Below, in pieces: positions 26,131 to 38,549 of a DNA stretch of 64,000 nucleotides. The stretch covers positions 930,001 through 994,000 of the forward strand of contig MU004187.1 in NCBI GenBank assembly GCA_010093605.1, written 5' to 3'. The position numbers and the translations under genes were made by a program. The first letter of the stretch is position 1, and each line of letters starts with the position of its first letter. The notes below the pieces were generated by a model that was not told where the DNA came from, made no database searches, and was given only the letters and a program-made list of their open reading frames with translations. This DNA comes from Lophium mytilinum (lineage: Eukaryota).

Positions 26131-27269
26131 GATGAAGAGTGGTGCTGTTGTAAGGTGATGGCAGGTCGTGGGTGCGCTTGAAGCTTTTGGCAAAGGCGTC
26201 GGGCAAGCAAGGTGAAGGCTGCATTGTCTCGCTTGCTTCACGCGAGAGTTTTCTGAAGATGGAAGCACCCAGCGTGGTGAATGTGATCAAATTGAGGCGC
26301 TAATATGCGCCATTATAAAAGCAGTGATGGATCTAGAAAAGATGAAACATTACCACATGGATCGCCTTTTTGAGGTACCGACAAACTTGTATCATAATGA
26401 AAGAACTGCACTAACGGTTGTGATCTATTTCACAGGCTATAGGACTGCAATTATGGTTTGCACGCGTTCCCGCTTATAAAGAATTGAGATGTAGCAAAGG
26501 TATGAGAATCAGAAGAGGCTTATGAACTAATTGAATGGGTGTTTGACCTTTGTTGCTCCCCTGGAAATTTCATAGTTTGCAAGAAGCAAGCACAATTCCA
26601 GCAATATGTGATTCGTGCTACCAGCAAATCTCCATGCTCATAGTCTCTGATTGAAGCAGGACGCATTTACCAAGACTGATTATACAGCGGAGTCTGGTCA
26701 TGGAAATGGGTTTCCAATGTAGGGTAAGCTTCTGATGGAATAGACGGAAGTCTCCCCCTATTTCATGATTCCAATCTCGCCATTTACCTTTCGTGAGACA
26801 GCGCCTCCATGCACTATGGCCCTCTGCATGACTACCTGCGTGCGCGACGCCACAGGGTGACGCTTGGAACCTGTATAGAGCCGATGGAGCATCATTCTTA
26901 TTCCGGTGGTAAGGGCTTTCGCGAGGTGCTTTACCAGAACAGCACCTACCATTGATCTGAATGACAACACCTCCAGACGATGGAATTGAGAAAAGCAAAG
27001 AAAATGAGATGGTACTCCGAGCTTATTGGAACTTGAAATCCCTATTACAAACAACAGATTTGATGATGCCCATCATCTCGGATCAGAAGGGAGCGAGGTG
27101 ATGCACTCCGCAGACCCCTGCCACGCCGGCCCGTCTCCAAGTCCGACAAGCGAGAAACGCTCAACTCTCAACACCAAATCGCCTGCGCAAATCCACGACG
27201 CCGACCACACCTCTCGAAGCCCCAATCCACGCCTGTCATTCCCCCAGGACCGCTTCTACAACCGCAAAC

Positions 27270-28056
27270 ATGCCAGGTGTCACCGTCAAAGATGTCGAGG
27301 TAAGAAACTCACGCGCCCGCGCCGCATCGTCGAAGCAGTGAAATCCTAACACTCCCCCACCAGGCCGGGAAGTTCATCACCGCCTACGCCGCCTTCTTGA
27401 AGAAAGCCGGAAAGCTCCAAATGTACGTTTCGAATCCCACCGCGCTCCCCTTTCTCGTTGAGGTAATATACTGACTTTCATCTGCAGTCCAGGTTCGTAA
27501 AACCACCTCGCAAGCACAAGGGCCAGCCTGAATCCCGTAACTGGGGGATACCATGCGCACCGCTCGCTGACACGACTATCTACAGGCTGGGTGGACACCG
27601 TCAAGACCTCGCACTCCAAGGAGCTGCCGCCGCGTTTGTGATCCCCTCTCTTCTCCCCGTTTTCGCTAGTTAGGCTAATTGGGTGTGCAGAGGACATTGA
27701 TTGGTTCTACATTCGCGCTGCCTCGGTCGCCCGCCACGTCTACATGCGCAAGACCGTTGGTGTTGGCCGTCTACGGAAAGCTCACGGGTTCGTACATTCC
27801 GAATTCTCCGCAACGATCTTCGATCTAACCACGTTGCTATAGCTCCACCAAGAACCGTGGTTCCCGCCCCTCCCACCACGTCGATGCCTCCGGCTCCGTC
27901 GACCGCAAGATCATGCAGGCGCTTGAGAAGATTGGTGTGCTCGAGCAGGACGAGGATAAGGGTGGCCGTCGCATCACCCAGAGCGGACAGCGGGATTTGG
28001 ATCGGATCGCGATGCAGACGCTCGAGGCCGAGGAGGAGGATGAGGATGACGAGTAG
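27270..28056 (+). CDS. RPS19: 40S ribosomal protein S19 (eS19), six exons
   Basis: Spliced translation [75 protein letters not shown]...[17 protein letters not shown]. Confidence 0.96.
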
Positions 28057-28381
28057 ATGCTCCAAGGGGAACTCGGGGCATATTCTATTCGGTTTCTCAA
28101 ATAGCATGATCAACATGGGACGGAGTTGGGGTTGATGAAACTCTGAGCTCTGCGCTGAGGCGCTGGTGTACCTATAAATCAAAAATCCCGGCGTGCCATG
28201 GTCAATTGGATGTTTGTCTATTGATGCTTTTGCGTGTGAATTGGTGTTTGATAGCTGGGACGTATTATTAATCAAGAGAGAATAGATGCGAATTCTCCGA
28301 CATCGTTTCATCTTACACCTAGTCCTTACTCTGTCACTACCAATACTGTCAAACTCCCTGTCCAACCTCAAGCCCAGCCAC

Positions 28382-29609
28382 TCATCTCCTCTCCTCCTCA
28401 TCCCTCCACTCATCCCCTCCACTAACCCCACTGGCATGCAAATCCTCCTCCCTATCACTGTCATCCTCAAACGCATCCGGATCCGCCAACGGCTGCGCCT
28501 CCGGATCACTACTCTTCGGCTTCGGCCTCTGCCTCTCCCCCTCCAGCACCCCCTCATCCGCACTCACCGAAATCCCTCTCCTCCCCCACGACTTCGCGCC
28601 CGCAGGAGCCTTCGGCCTCTGACCCCCCGCCACATCCCCCTCCGGGCCCTCCTCCTCATCAAACCCATCCCCGCTCTTCCTCCCCACCAGCCGCCCAACC
28701 AACCACCCCTGGTTCAGGTCATCGCTATCCACGACGCCCCCGTGCCGCAGCTTGACCCGCTGCCGCGTCAGATACACCCACGCGAAATCGACCATCAGCG
28801 CCGTCTGCAGCGTGCCGAACGTCCACGACGTCGGGTCCGGGACGCGGTAGTCGCCGGTGGCGCCGCGCACGATCCAGTTCAGCACGTAGAAGAGGCGGTA
28901 GGCGCCGAGGGTTGCGAGGTAGAAGGAGTCGAGCACGGTGGGGACGGTAGTTTGGCGGAGGAGGAGGAGTTGTGGGATTACGGCGGATGCTTCGAGGATT
29001 TCCGAGAAGGTCCAGGTGAGCTGGGTGGTTTGTTAGATGGGGATTGGGGTATGACTATGGGGTAAAGGGCTGGGGATAGGTACGGGGTAAAGGGCTGGGG
29101 ATAGGTATGGGGAGAGGGGTTGGGTTAGGGGCGCACCTTCATGAACCAGTTCGTCCCGATGATGAATTTGTGGAAGATGCCGAACCAGATCGGGGCGAGG
29201 ACGAGGGCGCCGAGGAAGCAGTAGACGCCGAATTTCCAGGCCTTTTCGCGTTCGCGGGTGCGGGCGTAGACGCGCGTCATCAGGAAGATGATGTAGAGGG
29301 AGGAGAGGGTGTAGAAGATCTTGAGGGTGAAGTTCCAGACATGGTTCCAGTCCTCTGTTACGGGGACGTGGAAGATGTCGAGGTATCTGGTGAGGAAGAC
29401 GGCGGCGTAGAGGACTTGCGTGATGAGTGAGACGCCTGGTGGACACGAGGATTGCGTTAGCTGGCTGTCGCTGAGATGATGGAAGAGAAGGGGAGGAGCT
29501 TACCTTCAGCGCTGCTGTTGGAGTGAATCGCCCATATCAGCACAAGCTTCGATGTCGTGTGGGAGACGTCGCCGAGGATGTGGAAGACGTTGAAGTGGAA
29601 CCCTGCCAT
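28382..29609 (-). CDS. ERD2: ER lumen protein-retaining receptor family protein with long acidic C-terminal tail
   Basis: MAGFHFNVFHILGDVSH, GVSLITQVLYAAVFLTRYLDIF, WTFSEILEASAVIPQLLLL, YLATLGAYRLFYVLNWI, LQTALMVDF. Two introns. Confidence 0.85.
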
Positions 29610-30235
29610 GGTCGGCGAGGCGGTGCCTAGGTGCTGCTATTGCCGCTCCCCAGGGAAGGAAAGCTGCACGAACGGCGAATCTAGCTGTGATGGGGTGCGA
29701 GCACGGGATCTAGCTCATGCGCGGGGCGGTCTTGGGGACGGGGTTGTGGTGTTGAGGGGGTTATGGGATGCCTATTGATAGCTGTCGAGGGAGGCTGAGC
29801 TTCGGTGTGTGGAGTCGTGGCCTGCGACAAAGGGCCAGCCAATCAGGGGCGTGCGGGATGACCATGATCGCGATACTTAAATGAGGGTCTGTATATAGTG
29901 TTCATGCGCAGTATTTTGGTGGGGGAGGAGATCCTTCAGTACATTGAGATAGTCAAGTGGAGCTCGTTCTGATTTACGGCCTTAAAATAGTTACATTGTA
30001 GTTGAGTTTTTAGATGCTGCCAGAGGACCCCAGACAGCGTCATTCTCCTAAAAGCAGACTAAAAGCACAGGGTTAAAGTACACCTCGGTTCGCATGTGCA
30101 GAACTTAGTATCATGAGTCTGCAAATAGCTCTCAATCATTTTGCGAGGACACTGAGCACATAGAACCGCCCCTAGAGCTACTCTCTGTCACTTTCATCTA
30201 GCGTGCATGTATGAAGACGGAAACCAGCTCAATTT

Positions 30236-31690
30236 CTACTCCGATCCAAAGTCATCCTCATCTGGAAGCGGAATTTCAGTCCTGCTGGGCCACTGCTCCA
30301 CAGTCACGGAGACCCCCAGCTGCTTGAACATGCTAGCAATTTCATCACTATGATGGAGCGATTTCGGCCGTCCGCACAAACGCAATACCTTCAGGTGTGG
30401 AAAGCGGTACGCTTCACCTACAAATGCGGAAAGTGTATACAAAAGCTTTCGATTAGCCTCGGCGAGCGAAGAGGGTGCGATGCCCGCGTCGTCACAGTAG
30501 CCCCACACAAACATAAGTTCCAACTCTTCCAAGTTTGGGGGCAAAGCGTTCGCTAGGGACAGCTCCGGGTCCGAGTCGCTACCAAAGCGTCCGAGGATTG
30601 TGTCTAGAGCGACCCGTAATATCTTCAATTGTGGGAACAAGCGGAGGTCGCGTAGCACGGGGTACTTGTCTGGTATACGCTTGAACGCCGGAAGAGGTGG
30701 AATAACCAGCTTTTCTAGGGACGCGGAGTGCTGCAAAAGAGCAGAAGAAACAGTCTGGAAGCGTCGATCTGTCACTAGGTGTCGTGCAGTTTTCCCGGGC
30801 TTTGTGTACCACTCAAAAGTCTTGAGAGCTTTGCAAGAGTGAATAATTGCCTCGGTAATTTCCACGCAGAGGTTGCATCCGTTCAAGATGAGTGTATCGA
30901 TGTTGGACGTAAAGGGTTGCCAGTCGTCTTGCTGAATATACCTATCTGACGCTTTGTGTACTTCGAGCTTAGAGAGCGCGGGGAAGAGGAAGAAGGGCGC
31001 CAGGCCGCGTGCGCCTTCTTGTGATCCCGCTTGTAGTGTAAGTTCTTTCAGACGCGGAAGCCCTTGGAACTTGAAGTCCGGCTCTGGGTCTTTGTACGCA
31101 GCCGTCAGTAATTGCACGAACCAGAAGTCGTTGGAGCATATGAAATGATGTAGATTGGCGTTCTCGACGTTCGGGGTTATGAAGAGTAACAGAGCAACCG
31201 CTGCATGATCAACACCTAAAGAAAGAGCAATCTCCCAGTATTTTGATTGTTTGTGAAAGCGAAATTCGGAGGCCTTAGTTGCCATTGCCGAGCGGATAGG
31301 TCGGACCTCCTTGGGATCCATTCTGTTAATACTCCACTTGTCAGAGTCATATTCTCTCCAGGCAAGAATCTCAATATCTCTGACGAGAAGAGCCAGCTCT
31401 GGGCGCTCGATAAGAGTTCTGATAAGGTAGCATAGAGGCTTGTGTACGCATACGTCGTGCTGAACCGTTTGGTAGAGGTATGGCTCCACGAGTTGGTGTA
31501 GGCGATGGCTGACGGATGACAAGCTATGCAAAGTGCCAGTCTCGGCACGAGGAATCGATTCCAAGATCCTCAACAACAACTCAGGAGGCAGATCGTCGAA
31601 GGTTGCGCCATTTTCGCATCCTGAAGAGGCAGGTTGGTCATGTTGCGGGAGTTCCATGCTCACGGCGGATTCATGGTCAGAGTTCAGCAT
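30236..31690 (-). CDS. F-box protein with leucine-rich-repeat-like C-terminus
   Basis: FDDLPPELLLRILESI...LSSVSHRLHQLVEPYLY F-box, then repeated LxxLxL segments. Single 484-aa ORF. Confidence 0.85.
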   Translation of the reverse strand: MLNSDHESAVSMELPQHDQPASSGCENGATFDDLPPELLLRILESIPRAETGTLHSLSSVSHRLHQLVEPYLYQTVQHDVCVHKPLCYLIRTLIERPELALLVRDIEILAWREYDSDKWSINRMDPKEVRPIRSAMATKASEFRFHKQSKYWEIALSLGVDHAAVALLLFITPNVENANLHHFICSNDFWFVQLLTAAYKDPEPDFKFQGLPRLKELTLQAGSQEGARGLAPFFLFPALSKLEVHKASDRYIQQDDWQPFTSNIDTLILNGCNLCVEITEAIIHSCKALKTFEWYTKPGKTARHLVTDRRFQTVSSALLQHSASLEKLVIPPLPAFKRIPDKYPVLRDLRLFPQLKILRVALDTILGRFGSDSDPELSLANALPPNLEELELMFVWGYCDDAGIAPSSLAEANRKLLYTLSAFVGEAYRFPHLKVLRLCGRPKSLHHSDEIASMFKQLGVSVTVEQWPSRTEIPLPDEDDFGSE

Positions 31691-32625
31691 TCTTGTGTAG
31701 GCCTAGATCCATCTAGTGGTCGGCTCAAGCGATGACTGCCCTCTTCGAATCTGAAACCGCGTATCTGGGTGACATGCAAGTTGTTAGATCGTGATGAGGG
31801 CGGTCCGTCAGGCAGAAGAGTCTAGCACTGGCTGTTGCAGCTGACCCATAGCACTCGCACGGCCCTTGCGATTGTGTGGCGTGCCTCTGATTCCGATGGC
31901 GAGGAAACAAAATGCCCAAATCAGGAGATTCGTTCGTTTCAGTAGCCTGATAGGGGCTGTTGGACGTCGCTGAGGATCGTTGAGGTGGGGGTTGAGGGGG
32001 CTGAAGGATTTACCCAAGATAAGGCAGCGTGAAGAATGCAACGACCCGAACCGTACGGATGCAGCTGAGTTCTCTGCTGGGGTATATTCTCGAGTGTATA
32101 GAGCGTTTGGTCGTTGCAGAAATGCAGGGAGGGAACGGACCGGCGTGAGGAGACACGTTGAGGGCTGAGGCCACCGTGGAGGCTGAGCCAAAACCTTGGA
32201 ACGAGATGTTCACGGTACCATCACTAGACGCCGAGCAAAGCTCTATCAGCATAGCATTATGTCGCATTTGGCGACATTTCAGAACACAATACAAATGATG
32301 CAGAGTATTTGTCAAGCTGCAGTTCTACAAAAGCAGTGACGTTCGCTAATGCAGGCAGCAACCTTGGACAATGGGAGGGCCGAATATTTGTCATAGTTTT
32401 ATCACCCGAACATTTTCAGCTCTGAGAAAGAGGGTGTTCTGCGAGTTCAGCTCCAACTTCTATTACAGCCCGTGTCGAGGTCTTTGTATAGGAGCCTGAT
32501 CGCTGTTATGCGGTTCATCCTACGGGGTAATCCACTTGGATTGTCGCCAGTTAGAACTATTCTGGGCCTGAGCAGATGCAAAGCCTGCAATTGCTGGTTG
32601 ATGGCGTCCCAAGTGCCATTGACTA

Positions 32626-32963
32626 CAGTAAAACCTGAGTATAGTAATACGAGGTTATAGTAATATCCTCTATAGAGTAACATATTTTGGCTGACCGTAC
32701 AAATTTGTATGAGGCGTAGTAATATCCTGCTTACTAGAATATTATAAGGTCCCACCCACCAATATCACTCTAACCAGGGGTGATTTTTGTATGGGCAGGT
32801 GGTCTGTGGCCCCTCTGACCCCCCTTAAACACCCCCTAATTTCGCTGTTTTGGGGGCTGGGGCTTACAAATCACCCATACGTGACTTTTGGATACTGTAA
32901 TACCCTCTGTATAGTAATATGACCCCTGCCAACCGAGCGTATTACTATACTCAGGTTTTACTG
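32626..32963. mobile_element. MITE of the Tc1/mariner-pogo type, 338 bp
   Basis: Perfect 26-bp terminal inverted repeats CAGTAAAACCTGAGTATAGTAATACG, TA on both flanks (32624-25, 32964-65), no coding capacity. Confidence 0.93.
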
Positions 32964-35900
32964 TATATTAAATGCACGTCAGTCAAGAATCCTTCGGTGC
33001 TATTCGGACAGCGGTTCTGCCAGGGCCAGATCAAAGCTCTCTGCCAACCTCGTTCGTCCCATCCATTCAGCCACCAAGAGCACCGTTTCAGGGCATGGCG
33101 GTTTCCCTAGTCTTTCCATCAGCTACAGACCGGCAATTAAATCGCTATCAGGCATCATAGCCTTATGGACCCTGCACAGCTCGAATCCTGTGGTCTGGCT
33201 TCTCCACAGTTTCAGTCCCAAGCTTCAACGTCCACGATGGATGCCCGGAGTCAGATAGGGCTCGTCTCATCAGCTAGGCCCGTGCTTCCTTCTAGAAGAC
33301 CGCTAGAAGATTACAATGACTCGGGGTCCGTAGCCAGGAGGATCTCTCCACACCATGGCACCCATGGGCCTGCCTGTCTTGTCGCTCTCGGACCTCGTGG
33401 CAGCATTTAAAACACGCATTGCCAGGTCCAGGGGCAAGAAATGCCGGCGATGGAGGTCAGCGACACCATTTGCCATTCGACGCGACGGACGCGACGGACG
33501 CTGCTCAGCGGCCCTCCATCCGGCCACTGGCATGACCCGACCCACGCAACGGCGATCGAGCAGCAAGGCTGCGGGTCCAGCGGGATGGCGCTGAGCACTA
33601 CCCTGCGCAGAGACCGTCCGACGGCCTGTCCACGGGTCGTTTGACAAGCCCGGGTGGGGAGAAACGCTCTCGACGAATACGGTTCATTTTATAGCCGCCC
33701 GCTCCCCCTCCTCCCCAAGAAAGCCCGTTCGACGAGCTGCATAGCCGCTTGAGTCGCTATTTGCTCTCATTCTCTTCGCGAATGTGAGCTAATTTGCGGC
33801 GCGGTCTGCGAATGCACCGCAGGAGGAAACGGACCTTCATGATGCCCAGGTGGTCTGATACATGGGTCGCGCACACGACAGCAGTCAAAGCGCTGCAGGC
33901 TATGAGCTACCAGCTGGGAGCTGCCCTATTGGGTCTGCGGTCTCCCAGCTTGCTTCCCTGCTTACCTCAATACTGTTATTTCGCATGGCTAATTTGTGAG
34001 TGCAGAGGATGAAGCTTCCCGCATGACCTCGAGCCTAGTTCAGGGGAGCATACACGTACACTCGTCCGGAAGACGCCCTGCCCGACGCCTTCATGATGAC
34101 GCACTGGCCTCTTGTATAACTGCTCGTCAACGGTGCGGGAATACACAGACTCAGCGTTCGTCATGCGGTCCCTGCCGGCTGACAACCGCGCCTGCGCGCT
34201 TGGCAGAGATATCCAGATGCTGGAGCCGAGTCGGCACGATCTGGCGCTCGGAATCGGGAGGGTCCCTCCGCCGGGGATCGGCCACACAGAGGCAGCTGTT
34301 GAAGTTGATATTGCACAGCACTCGGCCCTTTCGAACCCTCCGAGCATCTTAGTCGCGGAACCAGCTGAGTTCAGTGCACCAGGCGAATTGCAGAGGATTA
34401 GATAGGAACGCGTGGCACTGGTACGTATGTTTTTCATCTGTCAAATCCCAAGTCGCATCACTGCAAGTCTGTTCTTCGTACCGAGAAAGGCTTCCCCACA
34501 CTGAACAATATATGCCGCCGCCACGATGCTTCAGCGCCGAGTCATGCCCACGCTCGAGGCTTCTGTCACCAGATAAGGATGACTGGCGAGCAGTAGCATC
34601 GCATGTCACCCAGTGCTTGCGGGAATTGCAGCAGCCGTTGAAACAGTCGCAGGCGGCACCGAGTCCCTGCCAACTCTGCCTCTCTTCTCTGCCGACGCTG
34701 GCCCAAGCTGCACCCCTCCAAGGCGAGCGGCATGATAGCGTGAACATGCCAGGCTCTTTTGGGATGAGCATGTGGTGCTCGGGCCAGCGGTGGCAGCTGG
34801 TTTAGCCGTTCAAGGCTCGCGCACGTCACTGAAACAATAGTGACCGCCCGTATCGAGGGACTTCCTGGCAAGCAGCCCGTTGCTGACCCGCAGCAGGATC
34901 CTCGATGGCTGCCAGTGCTTCGGTTCGAGGCGCTGATACCAAACGGTGAGGGCGAGCGGGAGGCAGGTCAATTTGCGGCCATTAATTCTGAATATGGCCA
35001 ATTAACGGACAATGCCTCACCGCATGTGGGTCTATTAGGCGCTTATACTATTGACGTTTCAGCCCCCCGCCAGCCGTGTTGGGGCCTTTTTGCTGCAATT
35101 ACGCGCCCGCTCGTGATAGCTCACTGTTCACTGCGCTGTGAGCCAACCACACCCCTTCCCTCGCGGACCGTCCGCGAAAATCTCCGCATCGTCAACGACG
35201 CCCGAGGTCGAGGGGCCGCCCCAGGCCATTCACGGCCGGCGTCGTGCGCCTCCTGCAAGTCTTCCTGCATGCCAGGGGTGTCCAAGCCTTCACTGCGAAG
35301 GATCACAATCCCTGCCGCCCAAGACCCACCACCGCACCCAGGCACGGACAGCAGTTCATCACAATTCACTCTCCCTGCAGCCGGAAGAGCGCTGGCCTCT
35401 TCGCCGTCTGGAGGAGCTACGAGAGCACCAGCGCGGCTGCCGCTGGGACGCACAGGGCGTCCCTATGCCTTGAGGGATGCGCGCCGGTAGAGGGCAGCGG
35501 TCTGCAAAGAGGCCGCAGACTGCTCGCGGAGGCTAGCAAAGTGACCAGCCGGCACCGGATCGTCATGCCACGCTCTGTGGGCTCATCCAAGGGCATCCCA
35601 AGGGCATGTCCCTGGCGGCGTTGGAGTGCAGCGATTGGGCCGGGCAGTACCGCATTTCCCCCAGCAGCAACGAGGCTCAAGCCTCCCGGGGCCTTGGGGG
35701 ACGGAATGGGAGGGCTGGCGCTAACGTGCATGGTAAGTTGCATGGCATGGCTCGAGCAGGCCCATGGGCTTGCTGCGCTGCTCTAATTCCGTGGACCGGG
35801 GGAGCGATAGAGTTGTCGCACTAACGGCCAGTGGCTGCGTCCCCAGGGTGGATATGCCATCGCGGTGATAAATAACTAGAGCTTCGCCAGCTGCATATCC

Positions 35901-36047
35901 AACGCCTCGCGCAGCCCAGCCCTGCGCCTGTATCTATTTCAAATATCTCCTTCCTGTCTACTTCCTTAGGCTCTGCATATTCTCGTCGCCCTGGTCTGCC
36001 CTGCTGTTGACCAGTACTTTTCCTTATATCGACGCCTGGTAGCACTG

Positions 36048-37431
36048 ATGTCCGCCGTCGTCGACTGTGCTGTGCCCCCGCAGACCAAAGCGTGGCCTTT
36101 TACTGCTGTGCCCCACCAGGACTACACCGTCTTCCCGCCCTCTCCTCCGCTAGAAATGTCCGAGACGGTTCCTCTTTACATGTCCGACTCCGCCATGCCA
36201 GCTCAAGCCTCCAACATGACCTCTAGCCTGCCAAGTTCCGGCTGGTATGGGCCCAGTGTCCCCGCCCCGGACTGCTCGAACGAGGTCCGCACTATGGTTC
36301 CTCCTCCTCTATTATTTCTATCTGGCTGACAATCTCAAAGCAGTCTGGTTATGGGCAGTATGGATACGACCAGCCATATGTCACACCCCACACGTCCTCC
36401 CTGACGTCGTATTCGCCCCCCACGGACTTTCCAAAAATTGAAACATCAGTCTCCTACCCCAAGGCCTCTTCGCTGACGGCCTTCTCCCCGGTCTCTGATG
36501 CCCCGCCCCAGGAGTACTCGCGCAGTGGGACATTTGGGCCTACGCCGCGAGCCACAGACCCACCGTACATGTATGGCTTTGTCCATATGGACTCCATGCT
36601 TCCTGCACGGCCACGCAGCAGCCCTAGCACCTTTAGCCCTACCAATACTCCAGGGAATCAGATAGAGTACTCCTGGACTGTGAACCCGCTCGGCATCTCA
36701 AACTCAGGCTCGCTTGATTCGTACTACTCTAACACCAACTATGCTCCCGTAAGGGACCATATCCCGCGAAGCAGTGAAACTCCTGCGAATGAGATCGCTG
36801 CACCCCAACCACGAAGGATGTATCCCCCCATCGCTCCTCATCCAATTGGCATGACCAGCCACAGCCAGCGGAAACGAACCCGAGACGATGAAGACTCTCC
36901 GGACGTCTCTAAACGTAGGAAGAGGTCCGAATCGACCGCCACTATGTCCATGGACCTAGGCGAGGAAGACAAGCTTCTAGTTCAACTAAAGGACGAGGAA
37001 AATATGCCTTGGAAGGATATCGCCGCCAAGTTTCAGTCCGAACTTGGAAAAACGTATCAGATTCCCGCGCTGCAGATGCGCCTTAAACGGCTGCGCGAGC
37101 GCATGCGTGTTTGGAGTGAAGCCGACCTTCGAGCTCTCCGTCTAGCCCACGAGTACTGGGTGCAGAGCAAGTTCGAGATCATCAGCCAAAAGGTATGTGT
37201 TTAAAGCTTTTTTGGTAAACTTTCAGTGACTTACAATTTTAGATGGCCGACTATGGCGCTTCAGAGCGATGGTCAGCACGGCAATGCGCTCGCAAATGGG
37301 GTGAAATAGACCCTGGCCCAACTCCTTACACCACTTTCGATCATCCAACACCTTCTTACACAAACTACACGATGAGTCCTGTAGCAGTCGACGCACCTCC
37401 TTTCCTACCATACTTGCAAATCCCGCCTTGA
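36048..37431 (+). CDS. Myb/SANT-like DNA-binding protein, three exons
   Basis: Pro/Ser-rich N-terminus, basic KRRKR signal, EEDKLLVQLKDEENMPWKDIAAKF...ALQMRLKRLR...WSEAD...WSARQCARKW. Introns ~36285-36341 and ~37193-37242. Confidence 0.8.
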
Positions 37432-38549
37432 TTGGGCGATTCGAGCATACTTTAGATTCCCAAGGAGGTTCTAGGTAGCCTTCCACTGGGGCCGATGGCG
37501 GTTTACATTCTTCAGTCTGGTTTTCACGATCATGGCATGCTCTATGCGTTCGAGAAGCGCTTTATGTTTCGTTCTCATCTACATTCGCTATCTGAAATTT
37601 TCCCTGCATTCTCACCTCCGTAGGCAGGCTCGGCGAAGCCTGCCATGTTTTGATGTACGCTTCTTGGGCGCTGAAAACGCGATGTTGCGTTTGAGTTTAC
37701 GCGTAACGTTTGTCGTTTCTTGCTTTTTCCACATGTTCATACCATTTATCTCTGGGCTTTATTTTTGCCACTTCAATTCATGACCTCGTCTTTTCTCTGA
37801 CCTACTCTTCTTCTTTATCATGTAAATATTTGCCCCCTCACCAGGGTTAACTGGTTGATGACCGCCTCGAGGCACAGTTGTGCGGAACGCTGTGTGGCGC
37901 TGTATGAAAGAACACAAATAGAACTCAACGATTGTGCTATATCATCTATTTCGTATTTGAGTGATCTACTTCGTTCGAGCCATAACACTACTGCTGCGTG
38001 GCGATCGTGTTTCACCTAATTATTCAACATCCGTATCGATTGGATATTCAAGGCCCAACTCAGAATCACTCATTACCTGAAGCATATCTTAAACTCTGCC
38101 GAAAATTCGATGGCGCTAGCAAAAATGCATGGTTTCTTGTTGGATATTTGACGACCCGTCTTCGCCGCAATATCCCAGCGCTCTGCTGAGCCGCCATCGG
38201 GCGTTCGAGGCATATACCTTGTCTACCTTCCTGTCTCCTCGCCCAAAGACGCAGCGTCTAGAGCTTCCACTGAATTAGAAACATCCTCAGGAGCCATACC
38301 GATCAACGAAAGCAGCACCTGGCGACTACAAGCTAGACATACATCGGATCTTAATCAAGCTAGACACCTACCTAGTCCCCGATTGTCTAAGACAATTCTC
38401 AAAAGCCGTGACAGTATTCTCTCCATACTTACACCTCTCCTATCCCTCACTGATAACATCGGTTCAAGACAAGCATCCAGCGCACTTTCAGCAAGGCCGG
38501 TTGATAGTGCCAGGGATAGTATGACCCTGATATCTCTTCTATAGATATA

